Assembly: GCA_951406725.2 (NCBI GenBank)
Contig: OX597815.1
Span: forward strand, 193,254,001 to 193,318,000
Length of the DNA: 64,000 nt
Direction of reading: 5' to 3'
Source of the DNA: Octopus vulgaris
Lineage: Eukaryota
Part shown: positions 26,540 through 40,940 of the stretch, one piece after another
Position numbering within the stretch: position 1 is the stretch's first letter
Layout of the letters: every line of letters begins with the position of its first letter
Made by a program: the position numbers and the translations under genes
The notes under the pieces: generated by a model
Seen by the model: the letters and a program-made list of their open reading frames with translations, nothing else
The model's database searches: none
What the model was told of the DNA's origin: nothing

Positions 26540-27225
26540 AACTGTTTATACATTGTGTGAATTAGTTTGTTTGTTTGTATTTTTGAAATTAGCTATTTCA
26601 TCTTTAAATATGAAAAATTAATTTATTAGGTTTTTATTATATGTGCATATATATTTATTTATAGAGATTATTTTAGATCTTAATTATAATATTTATATAC
26701 ATTTATATATTTTCATTGATAATTTATATATAATAGTCATTTTTTTAAAAGATATTTATGTAATTAGATATAGACTATTACCGATATTAGATTATTGGTG
26801 GGTTTCATCTTTAAATTTAAAATTAAAATTAAAATTAATTTTTAACATTATAATCGATTTTGATATAATCATAATCGTTAAGTTTTAAGTTTCTAGTTTG
26901 ATAATAGAGTTTATTATAAGTAAAATTATTATATTATTTATATCTTTAAAATATCGTTTAAATATTTCTGATTATTTTTAAAATATTTCAATTAACCTGA
27001 AGATTGACTGTATCCATAATTCTAATTATTAATTGAATTTAAATTATTGTTATTCGAATTGGTACAGCCATGAAACCATCGTAGTGTTATACTTTTATCT
27101 TTTATTAAACTTTTAATACTTTTGATATTTATATAATAAAAAAAATAATAAAAATTAAAATTTAAAAAAAATAGAAAATTTTTTTTAAATTAATAAATAA
27201 AGTAATATATAAATATAAAAATATA

Positions 27226-27288
<63 letters not shown>

Positions 27289-27430
27289 TTAAAATTTATA
27301 GGTTTAAATTATTTAAATAATTTTTAAATTTTAACTTTTATATTTTTTAATTAATTTTATGTATTGGCTTATGTTTTTCACTGTTATATTTGCCTAGTAG
27401 TGGTTTTATCTCTAATTTAATATAATATAT
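26540..27430 (+). mobile_element. Very AT-rich Penelope pLTR remnant with degenerate hammerhead (26992-27089)
   Basis: CTGAAGA 26997-27003, stem II ctgta/tacag, GAAA-CCATCG-TA; 27360-27425 resembles the pLTR end at 19489-19552. Confidence 0.6.
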
Positions 27431-27487
27431 ATATATATATATATATATTTAAAAAAGGAGATGTGGAACACGAGTTGTGATATATAA

Positions 27488-27633
27488 AAAAGGAAATGAA
27501 GAAAATGCTGACAAAATAATTTAAGTAATTTTGATAAGCATAACAAATGCGCAACCGGTAAAAAGAACTTTCACCTAATTAAATTACTTAAATTACTTAA
27601 ATTATTTTGTCAGCATTTTCTTCATTTCCTTTT
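27488..27633. repeat. Perfect 44-bp inverted repeat with 58-nt spacer
   Basis: aaaaggaaatgaagaaaatgctgacaaaataatttaagtaattt and its reverse complement at 27590-27633. Confidence 0.85.
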
Positions 27634-27659
27634 ATATATATATATATATATATGCATGT

Positions 27660-27895
27660 GGTTGTGTATATGTTTGTGTGTCTGTGATTATCTCCCCAAC
27701 ACCGATTGACAACCGATGCTGGTGTGTTTACGTCCCCATAACTTAGCGGTTCGGCAAAAGAGACCTATAGAATAAGTACTAGGCTTACAAAGAATAAGTC
27801 TTGGGGTCGATTTGCTCGACTAAAGGTGGTGCACCCGCATGGCCACAGTTAAATGACTGAAACAAGTAAAAGAATAAAAAGGGTAAAAGAGTAAA
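27660..27895 (+). mobile_element. S2 SINE 3' half
   Basis: gacaaccgatgctggtgtgtttacgtcccc...aaatgactgaaacaagtaaaagaataaaa. Confidence 0.85.
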
Positions 27896-28022
27896 TTTAC
27901 AAAATAATATTGAAAGTCAGCAACCAGCATATAACATTTGTTGATTAATTAAATTGATGAGGAATGCACATTTTGAAATATTGCTTATGGAAACCAATTT
28001 CTTTTTTCACATAACACAAAAG

Positions 28023-28237
28023 CTGAGGTACCGAAAGATGATCCACCGAAATACTGTGAACTTTTTGGGTATTCATCTGAATATCCACCACCACCTCCAT
28101 ATACACTGCAGCCTATACCCTCATCAGAACCAATACATACCGGTTACCAGTCACAACCACCAGAGCCCGAACACCCGTCACAACAGGCAATTGATTGCAA
28201 TATAATTTTTCCAGAGCAACCACAAAATACTGATACT
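28023..28237 (+). CDS. Dispanin paralog 2, exon 2: proline-rich N-terminal region with PPxY motifs
   Basis: AG at 28021-22, GTAAGC at 28238; 215 nt, phase 1 to 0; (T)EVPKDDPPKYCELFGYSSEYPPPPPYTLQPIPSSEPIHTGYQSQPPEPEHPSQQAIDCNIIFPEQPQNTDT. Confidence 0.8.
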
Positions 28238-28285
28238 GTAAGCAACTATTTTTTCTTATTATTCTACATTTTACAGCTTATGAGT

Positions 28286-28604
28286 GGACGCGCAATGGCC
28301 CAGTGGCCCAGTGGTTAGGGCAGTGGGCTCGCGGTCGTAGGATCGCGGTTTCGATTCCCAGACCGGGCGTTGTGAGTGTTTATTGAGCGAAAATACCTAA
28401 AAGCTCCACGAAGCTCCGGCAGGGGATGGTGCTGATCCCTACTGGACTCTTTCACCACAACTTTCTCTCACTCTTTCTTCTGTTGACCTGCTCGCTTAGC
28501 CAGCGGTGTGGCATCATTTGAAGGCTAAAACAATGTGAAGCGCATTGTGACCAGCGATGTGTAGCAATATCTGATAGCCTGGTCGGTCACGTGATCACGT
28601 GATC
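28286..28604 (+). mobile_element. S3-headed SINE with a different 3' tail
   Basis: Head matches 21914 up to ctttctctcactct, then an unrelated tail ending (cacgtgat)2. Confidence 0.8.
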
Positions 28605-28933
28605 ACTGTTCTAGAACTATTTATCCTAAACAGCGATCTTAAGTTTAGCAAGTTTTAGTCATCAAAAAGGTGACTATACTAGAAAATCATCTTTAAGAAT
28701 TTTTAGTCAGTCACATCATTATATGGAGCACAATAAATGATTTAGTTTGGAATTTCTTTCATCAATCTTTTGTCAAAGGATGACAGGTTCTCTACTTTCA
28801 TCGAGAGTCTCCAATCACTGGATTAAATATCTTACAGACCTGGCCTTCATTATTTTATGTTCTAAAATAATGTCATCATTCCAAGGTTGACAAATTAAGT
28901 TCCTGTCACATAATCAATTTGATATATTTCTTA

Positions 28934-29303
28934 CTAGCAGTATCGCCCGGCGTTGCTCGGGTTTGTAAGGGAAATAACTATAAAGCATTTTTAGAGAGTT
29001 ATAGCCAAAAAATGGAAGAAAAATGATGGTAAATTTTTTTTAGTTAAAAAGGTCGAGTTGCGTCCCCTAGACAGTCTGTGGTTTGTGTTTCTGATTCTCG
29101 ACCCCATGTCGAATTTATCGATTTTTTTCAGAACTGGGGGAACTTTTCAAAATTTTCGCTGCGTTAGTTTTGAATTATGACTTTGGGCTATGTGTGTGTC
29201 AAGTTTCATCAGAATCGGTTGAAAGCCGTGGTCAGGGTGAGGGTACAACCTAACAGACACACAGAAACACACACAGACAAACTGCCGTTTATATATAGAG
29301 AGA
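28934..29303 (-). mobile_element. Non-autonomous Helitron
   Basis: Minus strand starts TC, ends CCCGAGCAACGCCGGG hairpin + CTAG; A/T insertion site. Confidence 0.8.
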
Positions 29304-29496
29304 TGATACGTGTTTGCAGATTTGTACCAATGAAAGAAATTATCATTTACAATGAAATGTAGAGAGAAATTAGTATTTACATTAGATAAATAAATCACGT
29401 GGGGTTAAGGAATATTCCAAAATTAAGAAAAGTTATCATTTTAATTTTAATGTACATATTTTTTATCTTCAAAACATCGTTTCATTATAGTAAACA

Positions 29497-29891
29497 CTAG
29501 CAGTATCGCCCGGCGTTGCTCGGGTTTGTAAGGGAAATAACTATATAAGCATTTTTAGAGATGTAAAGTATAATAGCCATCTCAATATGGCTAACCACAA
29601 AGGGGGGTGTTACTGTAGCTTTTTACGTTCTGAGATTTAATAATAAATTTTTAGAGAGTTACTTCCCTTATATATGCCAAAAATGCATTAAAAATGGGAA
29701 AAATTGATGGTAAATTTTTTTTTTTATCGTAGACTCATCGTAGACGCGCGCTAATACTCAGAAGGGCTCGATATGAATCACGACTATAAGATACCCGGTT
29801 TTTGTTAAACTGCACCGCTAAATGTGGGAGTAGTTAGGAATCTAAATCGTAGGAGACAGACAGCACACAACCTCACTTTTATATATAAAGA
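29497..29891 (-). mobile_element. Non-autonomous Helitron (same subfamily as 59563-59956)
   Basis: TC...hairpin...CTAG termini; near-identical to 59563-59956 in reverse. Confidence 0.85.
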
Positions 29892-30037
29892 TTTCAGAAA
29901 GCATTTACGGGCACCTTGACAACTAGAATTTACTGCCAGAAGAACAGAAATGTTTCAGGAAGAAAGCTAGAGGAACGCATGATTTATTATACATAGACAA
30001 AGCATTGCTTCCATACTAATAGTAAGCAAGTGATTGT

Positions 30038-30423
30038 GGAGGCGCAATGGCCCAGTGGTTAGGGCAGCGGACTCTCGGTCATAGGATCGCGGTTTCGATT
30101 CCCAGACCGGGCGTTGTGAGTGTTTATTGAGCGAAAACACCTAAAAGCTCCATGAGGCTCCGGCAGGGATGGTGGTGATCCCTGCTGTACTCTTTCACCA
30201 CAACTTTCTCTCACTCTTTCTTCCTGTTTCTGTTGTACCTGTATTTCAAAGGGCCGGCCTTGTCACTCTCTGTGTCACGCTGAATATCCCCGAGAACTAC
30301 GTTAAGGGTACACGTGTCTGTGGAGTGCTCAGCCACTTACACGTTAATTTCACGAGCAGGCTGTTCCGTTGATTCGGATCAACCGGAACCCTCGTCGTCG
30401 TAACCGACGGAGTGCTTCCATCC
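30038..30423 (+). mobile_element. S3 SINE inserted in an R4/Dong remnant
   Basis: 14-bp TSD aagcaagtgattgt at 30024-30037 and 30424-30437. Confidence 0.92.
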
Positions 30424-30437
30424 AAGCAAGTGATTGT

Positions 30438-32262
30438 TTATAATTGCTAGCTGTATTACTCTTGCTTTTATCTTTCATAAGGAGTATTGTCCTCCCTTTA
30501 ATCATCCAATCTGGTATTATTCCTCCATTAAGGCAACCCTGAAGTTGTTCTTTCAGCCTCCCCTGTAAACTACTAAACATCTTTAGATCGTACTCTTGAA
30601 ATAAATCTGGTTCAGGGCCCTTCCAATTCGGCATTTTCCCAAACACTTTACTCATTAATGAACTAGTCAGTCTTGCTGCTAGCTTCTCACTCACTAATTC
30701 TTCCCTCACTTTCTTTAACCATACGGCATCTCCATTATGATTGACTGGCTTATCCCAAATATTACTCCAGAACATTCTAGCTTCCTCTGCATTAAGTTTT
30801 GTATCTTGAGTATTTTCAGCTCCACTACTTATTTGGTTATAAAATGTCTCAAATAATCTATTCTGTTGATAATGACCTATTCTTTTCTGATATCTGGAAA
30901 GCTTACCTGCTGCTGCTATGATACACTGTTTCAACTCTTCTATCACTGTCCCAAATCCTTTCAGTTCGACTAAGTATTTTTTCTCAAGAGAAAATTTATA
31001 TCTTATGTTTCCTAGTTTTCAGTTTTCATGCTTCTATTCAGATTTGTCTTAAAGTCTTCACTTTATTCTGTCATCATTTTCCACGTTTGCTCTTTTCTAA
31101 TCTTCCCTTGTGGAATATCTTCTTAAAAGACTCCGCCGGTTACGACGACGAGGGTCCCAGCTGATACGATCAACGGAACAGTTTGCTCGTGAAATTAACG
31201 TGCAAATGGCTGAGCATTCCACAGACACGTGTACCCTTAACGTAGTTCTCGGGGATAATCAGCGTGACACAGAGAGTGACAAGGCTGACCCTTTGAAATA
31301 CAAGTACAACTCATTTTTGCCAGCTGAGTGGACTGGAGCAACGTGAAATAAAGTGTCTTGCTCAAGGACACAACGCGTCGCCGGGAATCGAACTCACAAC
31401 CTTACGATCATGAGCCGAATGCCCTAACCACTAAGCCACGCGCCCTCACAATGTGGAATATCTAGTCTTCTAGTAAATACTATACCTCTTCCATAGAGTA
31501 ATAAGTTAGTATCTCCTATACTGTTAGTATTTATCCTATTGGTAACAGAGTTTACAGCCCTATTCATATCTTGCAACTTCATTCTGATAGTACGATTTAA
31601 TTATAGCAATAGTTTTCTTCTTTTCTCATTATTGCCTTCAACTCATCTAAAATATTCTGATGTTCCTTACTGAAATCCCTTAAATCGCTGGTGCTAGTTG
31701 TCCTAAATCCTTTCTCTTTGACTAAGTATCTTTTCTCGAGGGAAGATTTGCTTCGTGTGGTTCCTAACTTATTGGCTTTCCAGGCTTCTTTGCTACTCAG
31801 ATATTTTCGTAAAGTCTTCACTTTATTTTGTAATCTCCTTTTCCACATTTGCTCTTTTTTAGTCTTCCTCTGTGAGATATCTAATCTTCTGGTGACTACT
31901 ACCCCTCCTGCATAAATCAATAAAGTAGTAACTCGTATATTTTTAGTATCTATCCCTAGTCATTTCTAGCAGCTTCTTTCTGTTGGTGCCTTTTAATGCT
32001 GGTAATATTTTTCTTACTTCTTTACACAATACTTCATGCAACTCGTCTAAAAATTTTCTGATGTTCCTCACTTAAATTACTTAAGTCGTTGGTGCCAGTT
32101 GTCCCTTCCTTGCTCCATCTACGCCATGTGTTGTGGTCCCTTTCTGGATATCGACAGGCTGGATCCAGGCCAGAATCTCTGAGCCTGCCGGGTGCGACAC
32201 TGTCACCATTAATGGCTTCAGTTTCATTATCACCGTTATTAACAATATTTTGTTCTTTCATA
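30438..32262 (-). mobile_element. Decayed, rearranged R4/Dong-type LINE (N-terminal half to start of RT)
   Basis: YQQNRLF, FWSNIW, MPNWKGPEPD, WMIKGRTILLMKD..ASNY in ORF 30350..30946; internal duplication 30950-31110 vs 31700-31880. Confidence 0.8.
31127..31450 (-). mobile_element. CORE-like SINE sharing the S3 3' tail
   Basis: Head gggcgcgtggcttagtggttaggg...gagttcgattccc, gtgtccttgagcaagacactt core; 12-bp TSD tgtggaatatct. Confidence 0.85.
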
Positions 32263-32299
32263 GTTACTCTTCTTTCATAGTTACTCTTCTTTCATAGTT

Positions 32300-33111
32300 T
32301 CCTGCAATCAGACCTAGACACAATGCAGCAATGGATCACAGACTGGCAACTGAAACTGGCTGTGGACAAGTGTACCACCATGCATTTTGGGAGAAAAACC
32401 CTGCGTCCACATACTCCCTCCACAACACTGATATCAAGAAATCCTCTTGCGAGCGTGACCTAGGCATCACTGTCAGCAGTGATTTGCGTTGGACAAAGCA
32501 TATCTCTAAAATTGTCAAGAAGGCCGAGGGTGTCTTGGCATCACTCAGCAAGACTTTTGTTAGCCGCTCTCCAGCCATCTATTTAAAACTGTATACAGCT
32601 ATGGTACGACCGCACTTGGAATTCGCATCATCAGTTTGGAATCCCTATCTTGCTCAGAACATTGACCTCCTGGAATCTGTCCAGAGACGTGCAACCAAAC
32701 GCATACCCTCCATCAGACACCTACCATATTCTGAGCGCCTTGTTTCCCTGGGCATGGATTCACTGAAGCTCCGGCGTCTGGCGACGGACTTGGTAAACAC
32801 CCACAAGGTTATCAACCACCTCACCAACAACAACACTGAACACCTTTTTGATCTCCATGTGTCTAACACACGTGGACATGCCTACAAAGTCAGAAAACAA
32901 CACAGCTCCCATGACTTTCGGAAACATTTTTTCACGCTCAGAGTTGCTGAAGCATGGAATAAACTGCCTGCGTCAGTTGTTGACTGCCATGACACTGCAT
33001 CCTTTAAGGCCCTCATGCTTTCCGAAATCCGCCGAAACTACACCTGATTAAATATACACTTTAGATGAGTTGTAGTGCACCTGAGCACTGTACACAATTA
33101 TTATTATTATT
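32300..33111 (+). mobile_element. Young 5'-truncated CR1/L2-type LINE 3' end
   Basis: ERDLGITVSSDLRW..HI, LYTAMVRPHLEFASSVWNP, LESVQRRATK, TRGH, RKHFFTLRV..WNKLP; (TTA)n tail. Confidence 0.9.
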
Positions 33112-33599
33112 ACTCATATGGGGTAGCGATTATCAGGTTACCAATTACCAGTGTTTTTATTGTGACACCATCATTATTATTTTTCCCTTTAGGTTCTCCT
33201 TTGTTTGAGCTGTATCTCTTATGTTTTTATTTGTCTTTCCCACTACCCGATCTTTCCTTTCCAGTTTTCTCGTGATCTCTTTTACCTCCAATTCTGTCAT
33301 TTACTTTCTTCAAATAGTATCAACTTGATCAACTAATCTCTACTCAGTCACTTTAAACATACCCATCTCTACCCAAAGTATTAACATCGGTTTTATATAG
33401 CCCCTTCTTTTAGGTCCACTTTCTTAAGTAACACTGAATCACTATCCTGTTTTCTTCGCTGGTCCACATCCTCGTCCTTCCTCTATTATCTACTGACGCT
33501 GTATTTGGATGACATCTATGGTCAGTCTGCATCTTCACTAAACAAGATTAAGCTTTAAACTACCACTGCTCCTTTGCTGTGCTATGGGATTACTCTTAT

Positions 33600-34085
33600 T
33601 AATGAGAACTGTATTTACATTGTTATTTCTGCTGCTATTTTCCAAGAGACGTTTTTTGATAGCTTCTAGCTCTATTTCTGTGAACCAACAAATTTTTTTC
33701 TTATTGCTCTAGCTTCATCACATATTCTCTGTTCCATGAGTTGAAACAACCCATTTTCTCTCCAGTGACCATACATGCGTTGTCTGTAACCCCTAACTTG
33801 AGCACCATTTTCATCTACCGGGTTGCTCAAGTAGTAACACTCAATGACCACGGCATTAATTTGCTTGCTCCATCTACGCCGTGTGTTGTGGTCCCTTTCT
33901 GGATATCGACAGGCTGGATCCGGGCCAGAATCTCTGAGCCTGCCGGGTGCGACACTGTCACCATTAATGGCTTCAGTTTCATTATCACCGTTATTAACAA
34001 TATTTTGTTCTTTCATAGTCATTCATATGAGGTAGCAATTATCAGGTTACGCAATTACAAGTGTTTTTATTGTGACACCATCATT
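33600..34085 (-). mobile_element. R4/Dong-type LINE 5' region (N-terminal motif)
   Basis: RRRWSK..IECYY..GYRQRMYGHW..EQRICDEARAIRK; partly duplicated at 32115-32262 and 33112-33172. Confidence 0.7.
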
Positions 34086-34156
34086 GATGTATCATTAATC
34101 AGGACATGGGGAGACTCCACCCGATTCCTTTCCGTATTATTATCATTATTATTACT

Positions 34157-36617
34157 TTTTTTTTCTTCTTTCAAATTTGCTTCCATTTCTTGCCGAGTGT
34201 CTTCCCGACTCCTAGGGCAAAGAAACTCATAGTATACATTGGTAGGCCATTAAACCAAACTCAATAGTTCGTTCATTTTTTTTTTTTTTTTAAGTTAAAT
34301 TAAAATACATGAGCAGCAACAGTTCTCACATCGACAATGCTCTTCTCAATACGTGTGATGTACCAGTTAAGACAATCTTTTGCACTTCTTGCAGGGATGG
34401 TAAGCCAGGGATCATTCTCATATAATTTTCGGTTCCCTTCTTGATCATTCCTAGTGCTCCTACGATCACTGGTATTGTAACCGCCTTGAGATGCCACATT
34501 TTCTCAATTTCAATGAGTAGGTCTTTATATTTTCTGAGCTTGTCAAACTCTTTCGCTGAGATATTATGATCACAGGGGATGCTCATGTCGATCAATAAGC
34601 AAACTTTATTGTTTTAGTCTTTCACAACAATATCTGGTTTATTGGCCTTGATGGTTCGGTCTGTATGTACTGGAAAGTCCCACAGAATGGTTACATTTTC
34701 TCCTTCAGTTACAGCCTCAGGGTGGTGATTATACCACTTGTCGGCAGTTTTGATATTGTAATGCCGACTTATTAGCCAGTGTAGATATTGGCCAACTCTG
34801 TCATGTCTTAATTTATACTCCACTGGAGCTAAGACTTTACATCCAGAGATTAGGTGGTCCACTGTTTCAATCATGTCGTTGCAGAATCGGCATTTTGGGT
34901 CTGCTCCATTTTTCATCACATTGGCCTGGTAGTTCCGGGTTAATAGGCTTTGATCTTGAGCAGCCAGGATGAAACCTTCGCTCTCTGCTTTTAGCCCTGA
35001 GCTCCGTAGCCACTGATGGGTTTGCTTCTGGTCAACATCAGCTTGTTTGCTGCGGGTCACATATTTGCCGTGCAGAGGTTTCTCCTCCCACCTATCAGAC
35101 AATTGCTCGTGCGCTTTTTTCGTTGCCATTATTTTCACCTTCTTTGCAACAATAATTGCCGTACTTCCCTCGGGTTGTTCTGTTTGGGTATCCTGCACGA
35201 GATCAATAGCAAATTTTTTGCTTTCCTTGATAATAGAATGAAGCTTCTTTCGTCTCTCGTGATTTTCCACGAGCTTTAGCATCCAGTCATTCGATATTTC
35301 GAGATATTTGGCCAGTCCAATTGTTGGTTGTTTTGTAAGCTAGTTCAAATTGGATCAGGCCTCGACCTCCTTGGGCTCTGGGAAGGTAAAGGCGATCTAC
35401 GTCTGCCTTTGGGTGGTGCATCCTATTACAACTCAGCAGCTTACGTATTTTCCTATCTATATTCTTTACTTCACTCATATTCCAGTTCAACACATTGTAG
35501 CTATAAGTAACAACTGGAACTGCTAAGGAATTTATAGCTAACACCTTGTTACGTGCATTTAGTTCAGATTTCAGGACTGCACGAACTCTCCTATAACATT
35601 CCTTCCTGATCTTCTCTTTCATGCTTGCATGCTGAATACCAGAGCCTTCATTTATCCCTAAATATTTGTATGTTTGTTCTTGCTCAAGCTCTCTTATGAC
35701 TGTGTCAACATCTAACACGACTGAATTTGTGGTCTTCACTTTCCCTTTCTGGAAAGTGGCCTTGGCACACTTCTCAAGTCCAAACTCCATCCCGATGTCA
35801 TAGCTGAATGCTTTCACAGTGCACAATAGGCCTTCAAGTTCATTATTGTCTTTACCATAAAGTTTTAAGTCATCCATATAAAATAGATGGCTTATTTTTT
35901 TATTGGCAATTTTATACCCATACCCTGTTCTGTTTAATTCACTTGTAAGGGGTATTAGGGCTATGCAGAATATTAAAGGTGAAAGTGAGTCACCTTGAAA
36001 AATTCCACAGTTGATGTTTATATTTTCTGAGGCAAGTACTCCATTAGAGTGGTATAATTGGAGATTCGTTTCCACAACGACATATTGTGCTTCAGGAAGT
36101 TTGAAATCACAGGGGAAATTTTAAAGATGTCCAGCGATCTCAAGATCCATGGATGCGGTATACTGTCGAAGGCCTTTTTATAGTCAATCCATGCGGTGCT
36201 GAGATTTCTGCGCTTGTTGTGACAGTTCTCAAGGATCATACGATTGATTAGCAGTTGATCTTTGCATCCGTAAGAGCCTCGGCGGCACCCTTTTTGTTCA
36301 ATGGGGAAAGTATCGTTCTTCTCCATGAAAGGATATGTTTTCTCCGCCAGGATAGATGTTAGGATTTTATACGTGGTGGATAGACAGGTTATAGGCCGAT
36401 AGTTTTTTGGAAGGTTGATTTCGTTATTCTTTGGGAGTAGGTAAGTAATGCCACTTGCTAACCATTCAGGTGTTTTCTTTGGGTCTCTCATAATTCCATT
36501 GAGCAGCTGAACTAGCTTACCGTGTGCGCATGGGAGCGATGCGAGCCAGAAATTCGGCACCCTATCTTTACCGGGGGATTTCCAATTATGGGCCTTCGTG
36601 AGTGCCTTTCTTATCAT
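34157..36617 (-). mobile_element. R4/Dong-type RLE non-LTR retrotransposon, family A, 5'-truncated, few disruptions
   Basis: NYRPITCL, WIDYKKAFDS, GIFQGDSLSPL, YMDDLKLY, CRFC..ETVDHLISGC, RHD, NKPDIV, LIDMSIP, K..KY; both ends abut (TTA)n. Confidence 0.93.
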
Positions 36618-36619
36618 TC

Positions 36620-38742
<2,123 letters not shown>

Positions 38743-40310
38743 AGTTTTATTTTTATAGCGTGCTTTCACTTCACTACCGAGCACAGCTCTGTGTGCCTTG
38801 GGTATGTGCTGTGAGTTGTTGTGATGCTCTGATGGTTATTGTATGGAAAGTGTTCTGCGTAGGATGTGTGCAGTGCCTAGTAGTGCAATTTTCTCTATGT
38901 TATATGTGTTTGTAAGTCCTGGTGTATTTGTTATGTATTTGTCTGAATATCTTTTTATCATGCCTAATGCACCTACTATGATAAGAATTGTTTCTGTTTT
39001 CAGGTTCCACATTCTAGTTATCTCTATTTCCAGGTCTTTGTATTTTGAGAGTTTCTCCATTTCTTTTAGAGACACGTTGTCATCTGCCGGTATTGATACA
39101 TCAATTAGAAAGCATTTTTTTTCTTCATGATCTCTGACAACTATATCTGGTCTGTTGGCCTTAATTTCTCTTTCTGTGTGTATCGGCATATCCCAGAGTA
39201 TGGTTGCTTTCTCGTTTTCTGTGACCTTTTCTGGTGTGTGCCTATACCATCTTTTTTCTGTTGTTATTCCATAATGTTGGCATAGCTTCCAATGTATGTA
39301 GGTTCCAACTCTGTCATGTCTGTGAATATATTCCTTCTTAGCCAGGACTGGGCAGCTAGAGATAATATGATTTATTGTTTCTTGTCCATCTCCACATATT
39401 CTGCAGTTACTGCTAATATTTCTTTTCATTACATGTTTTTGGTAATTTCTGGTGGTGAGGCTTTGGTCTTGTGCTGCAATTAAAAATCCCTCTGTTTCTG
39501 CTTTGAGTCCTGAGCTTCTCAACCATTGCTGGGATTTTTCTTCGTCTATTTCTTTTGCGTTTAGTTTAGTGCAGTATTTACCATGAAGGGGCTTTTCTTG
39601 CCATTGTTTTATCATGGCTCGTTGCTGTTCTATTTTTAGTTTGGATTTCATTTGTTTTATAGCTTTTGTTGTTTCTTCATCATCTTCTTCTTCTTTGTGT
39701 TTATTAGGTGGTATGATTTCTTGTTTGTATTTGTCAGCTTCCTTAAATACTGAGAACTGTTTTTTGTTTTGCTCGTGTTTTGCTGCTATCTGGATCAGTT
39801 TTCATTCCTTCTGAAGTAGGTATTTTTGCAGTCCTATGGTGGGTATTTTATAGTAGTTTTCCAGCTGTATAAGGCCTCTACCACCTTCTATACGTTGTAT
39901 ATATAGTCTTTCTATGTCAGATTTTGGGTGATGCATCCTAGATCCTGTCAGTATTTTTCTTGTTTTCCTATCTATTTTGGACAGTTCATTTCGTGTCCAG
40001 TTAAGGATATTGTAGCTGTAACTTATAACTGGGACAGCTAAAGTGTTGATACCTATTATCTTGTTTTTAGCATTGAGCTCTGTTTTTAGTATTGATCTAA
40101 CTCGTCTATAATATTCTTTTTTTATTTTCTCTTTCATTTGTGTGTGTTGTGTCTTATCTAGTTCATGGATTCCTAAGTATTTGTAAGTTTGGCTTTGGTC
40201 TAATTCTTTTATTTCATTGGTTTTATCTAGTGTGATGTTGTTACTTTTAACTAGTTTTCCTCTTTTCATGGTTACTTTGGCGCATTTTTCTAATCTAAAT
40301 TTCATATCTA
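38743..40310 (-). mobile_element. R4/Dong-type RLE LINE, family B, 5'-truncated
   Basis: YKYLGI, HHPKSDIERLY..GGRGL, CRICGDGQETINHIISSC, RHD, NRPDIV, K..KY; (TTA)n at both ends. Confidence 0.92.
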
Positions 40311-40335
40311 TTATTATTATTATTATTATTATTAT

Positions 40336-40912
40336 TGAATGAGAGAGCAGTTCATTCCATCAAAGTGACACTGGGGTAAAATATACGAAGCCCAATATAC
40401 CAATCATGACTACCCGTCTGATAAGGGTACACCAGGCACATGCATCACAACCATATGTGTGCGACATGGTGATCTCATATCAAGATAAACAGCACATGAC
40501 CTTGCAGGTGGGGCCCAGTTAGAATTTTCTTCAGGTTGAGTAGCCCATCCCGCTCAAAAGGTCCCTGAATAAGGGTTGTTTAAGGATGTTGAAAGAACCA
40601 CCCATGTTTCCAGAGGTGAATTATTCAAACCCCAAAGAATCCCTCTCAACACATGGCTATGATGCTCCCCCACTACTTCTGCTTGTGATCAGAGATGCAC
40701 ATATCGTCAGCCACTAAGGGACATGCTCAACTGGTTAAGGTCAAACAACTGACAAGCAAATCTGTGGTATTGAGCAGAATATTTACCGTAGTTCATCTTT
40801 TATACCAAGACAAATCAATGTACATGATAACACTTGCAATCAGTTAAGATCAGAAGCCATGAGAGTCACTGCCTGGTACTGCATCAGGGCATATTGGTAC
40901 TGCATCAGGGTA
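40336..40912 (-). mobile_element. Element X, copy 2
   Basis: Near-identical to 36657-37232 including the duplicated tggtactgcatcaggg end. Confidence 0.75.
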
Positions 40913-40940
40913 TGTATTATTATTATTATTATTATTATTA

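Noticed and set aside
27954-28205. 83-aa His-rich ORF as a standalone gene
   Set aside because: Starts at an intronic TTG and is an alternative frame of dispanin exon 2; considered only as part of the upstream overlapping ORF.
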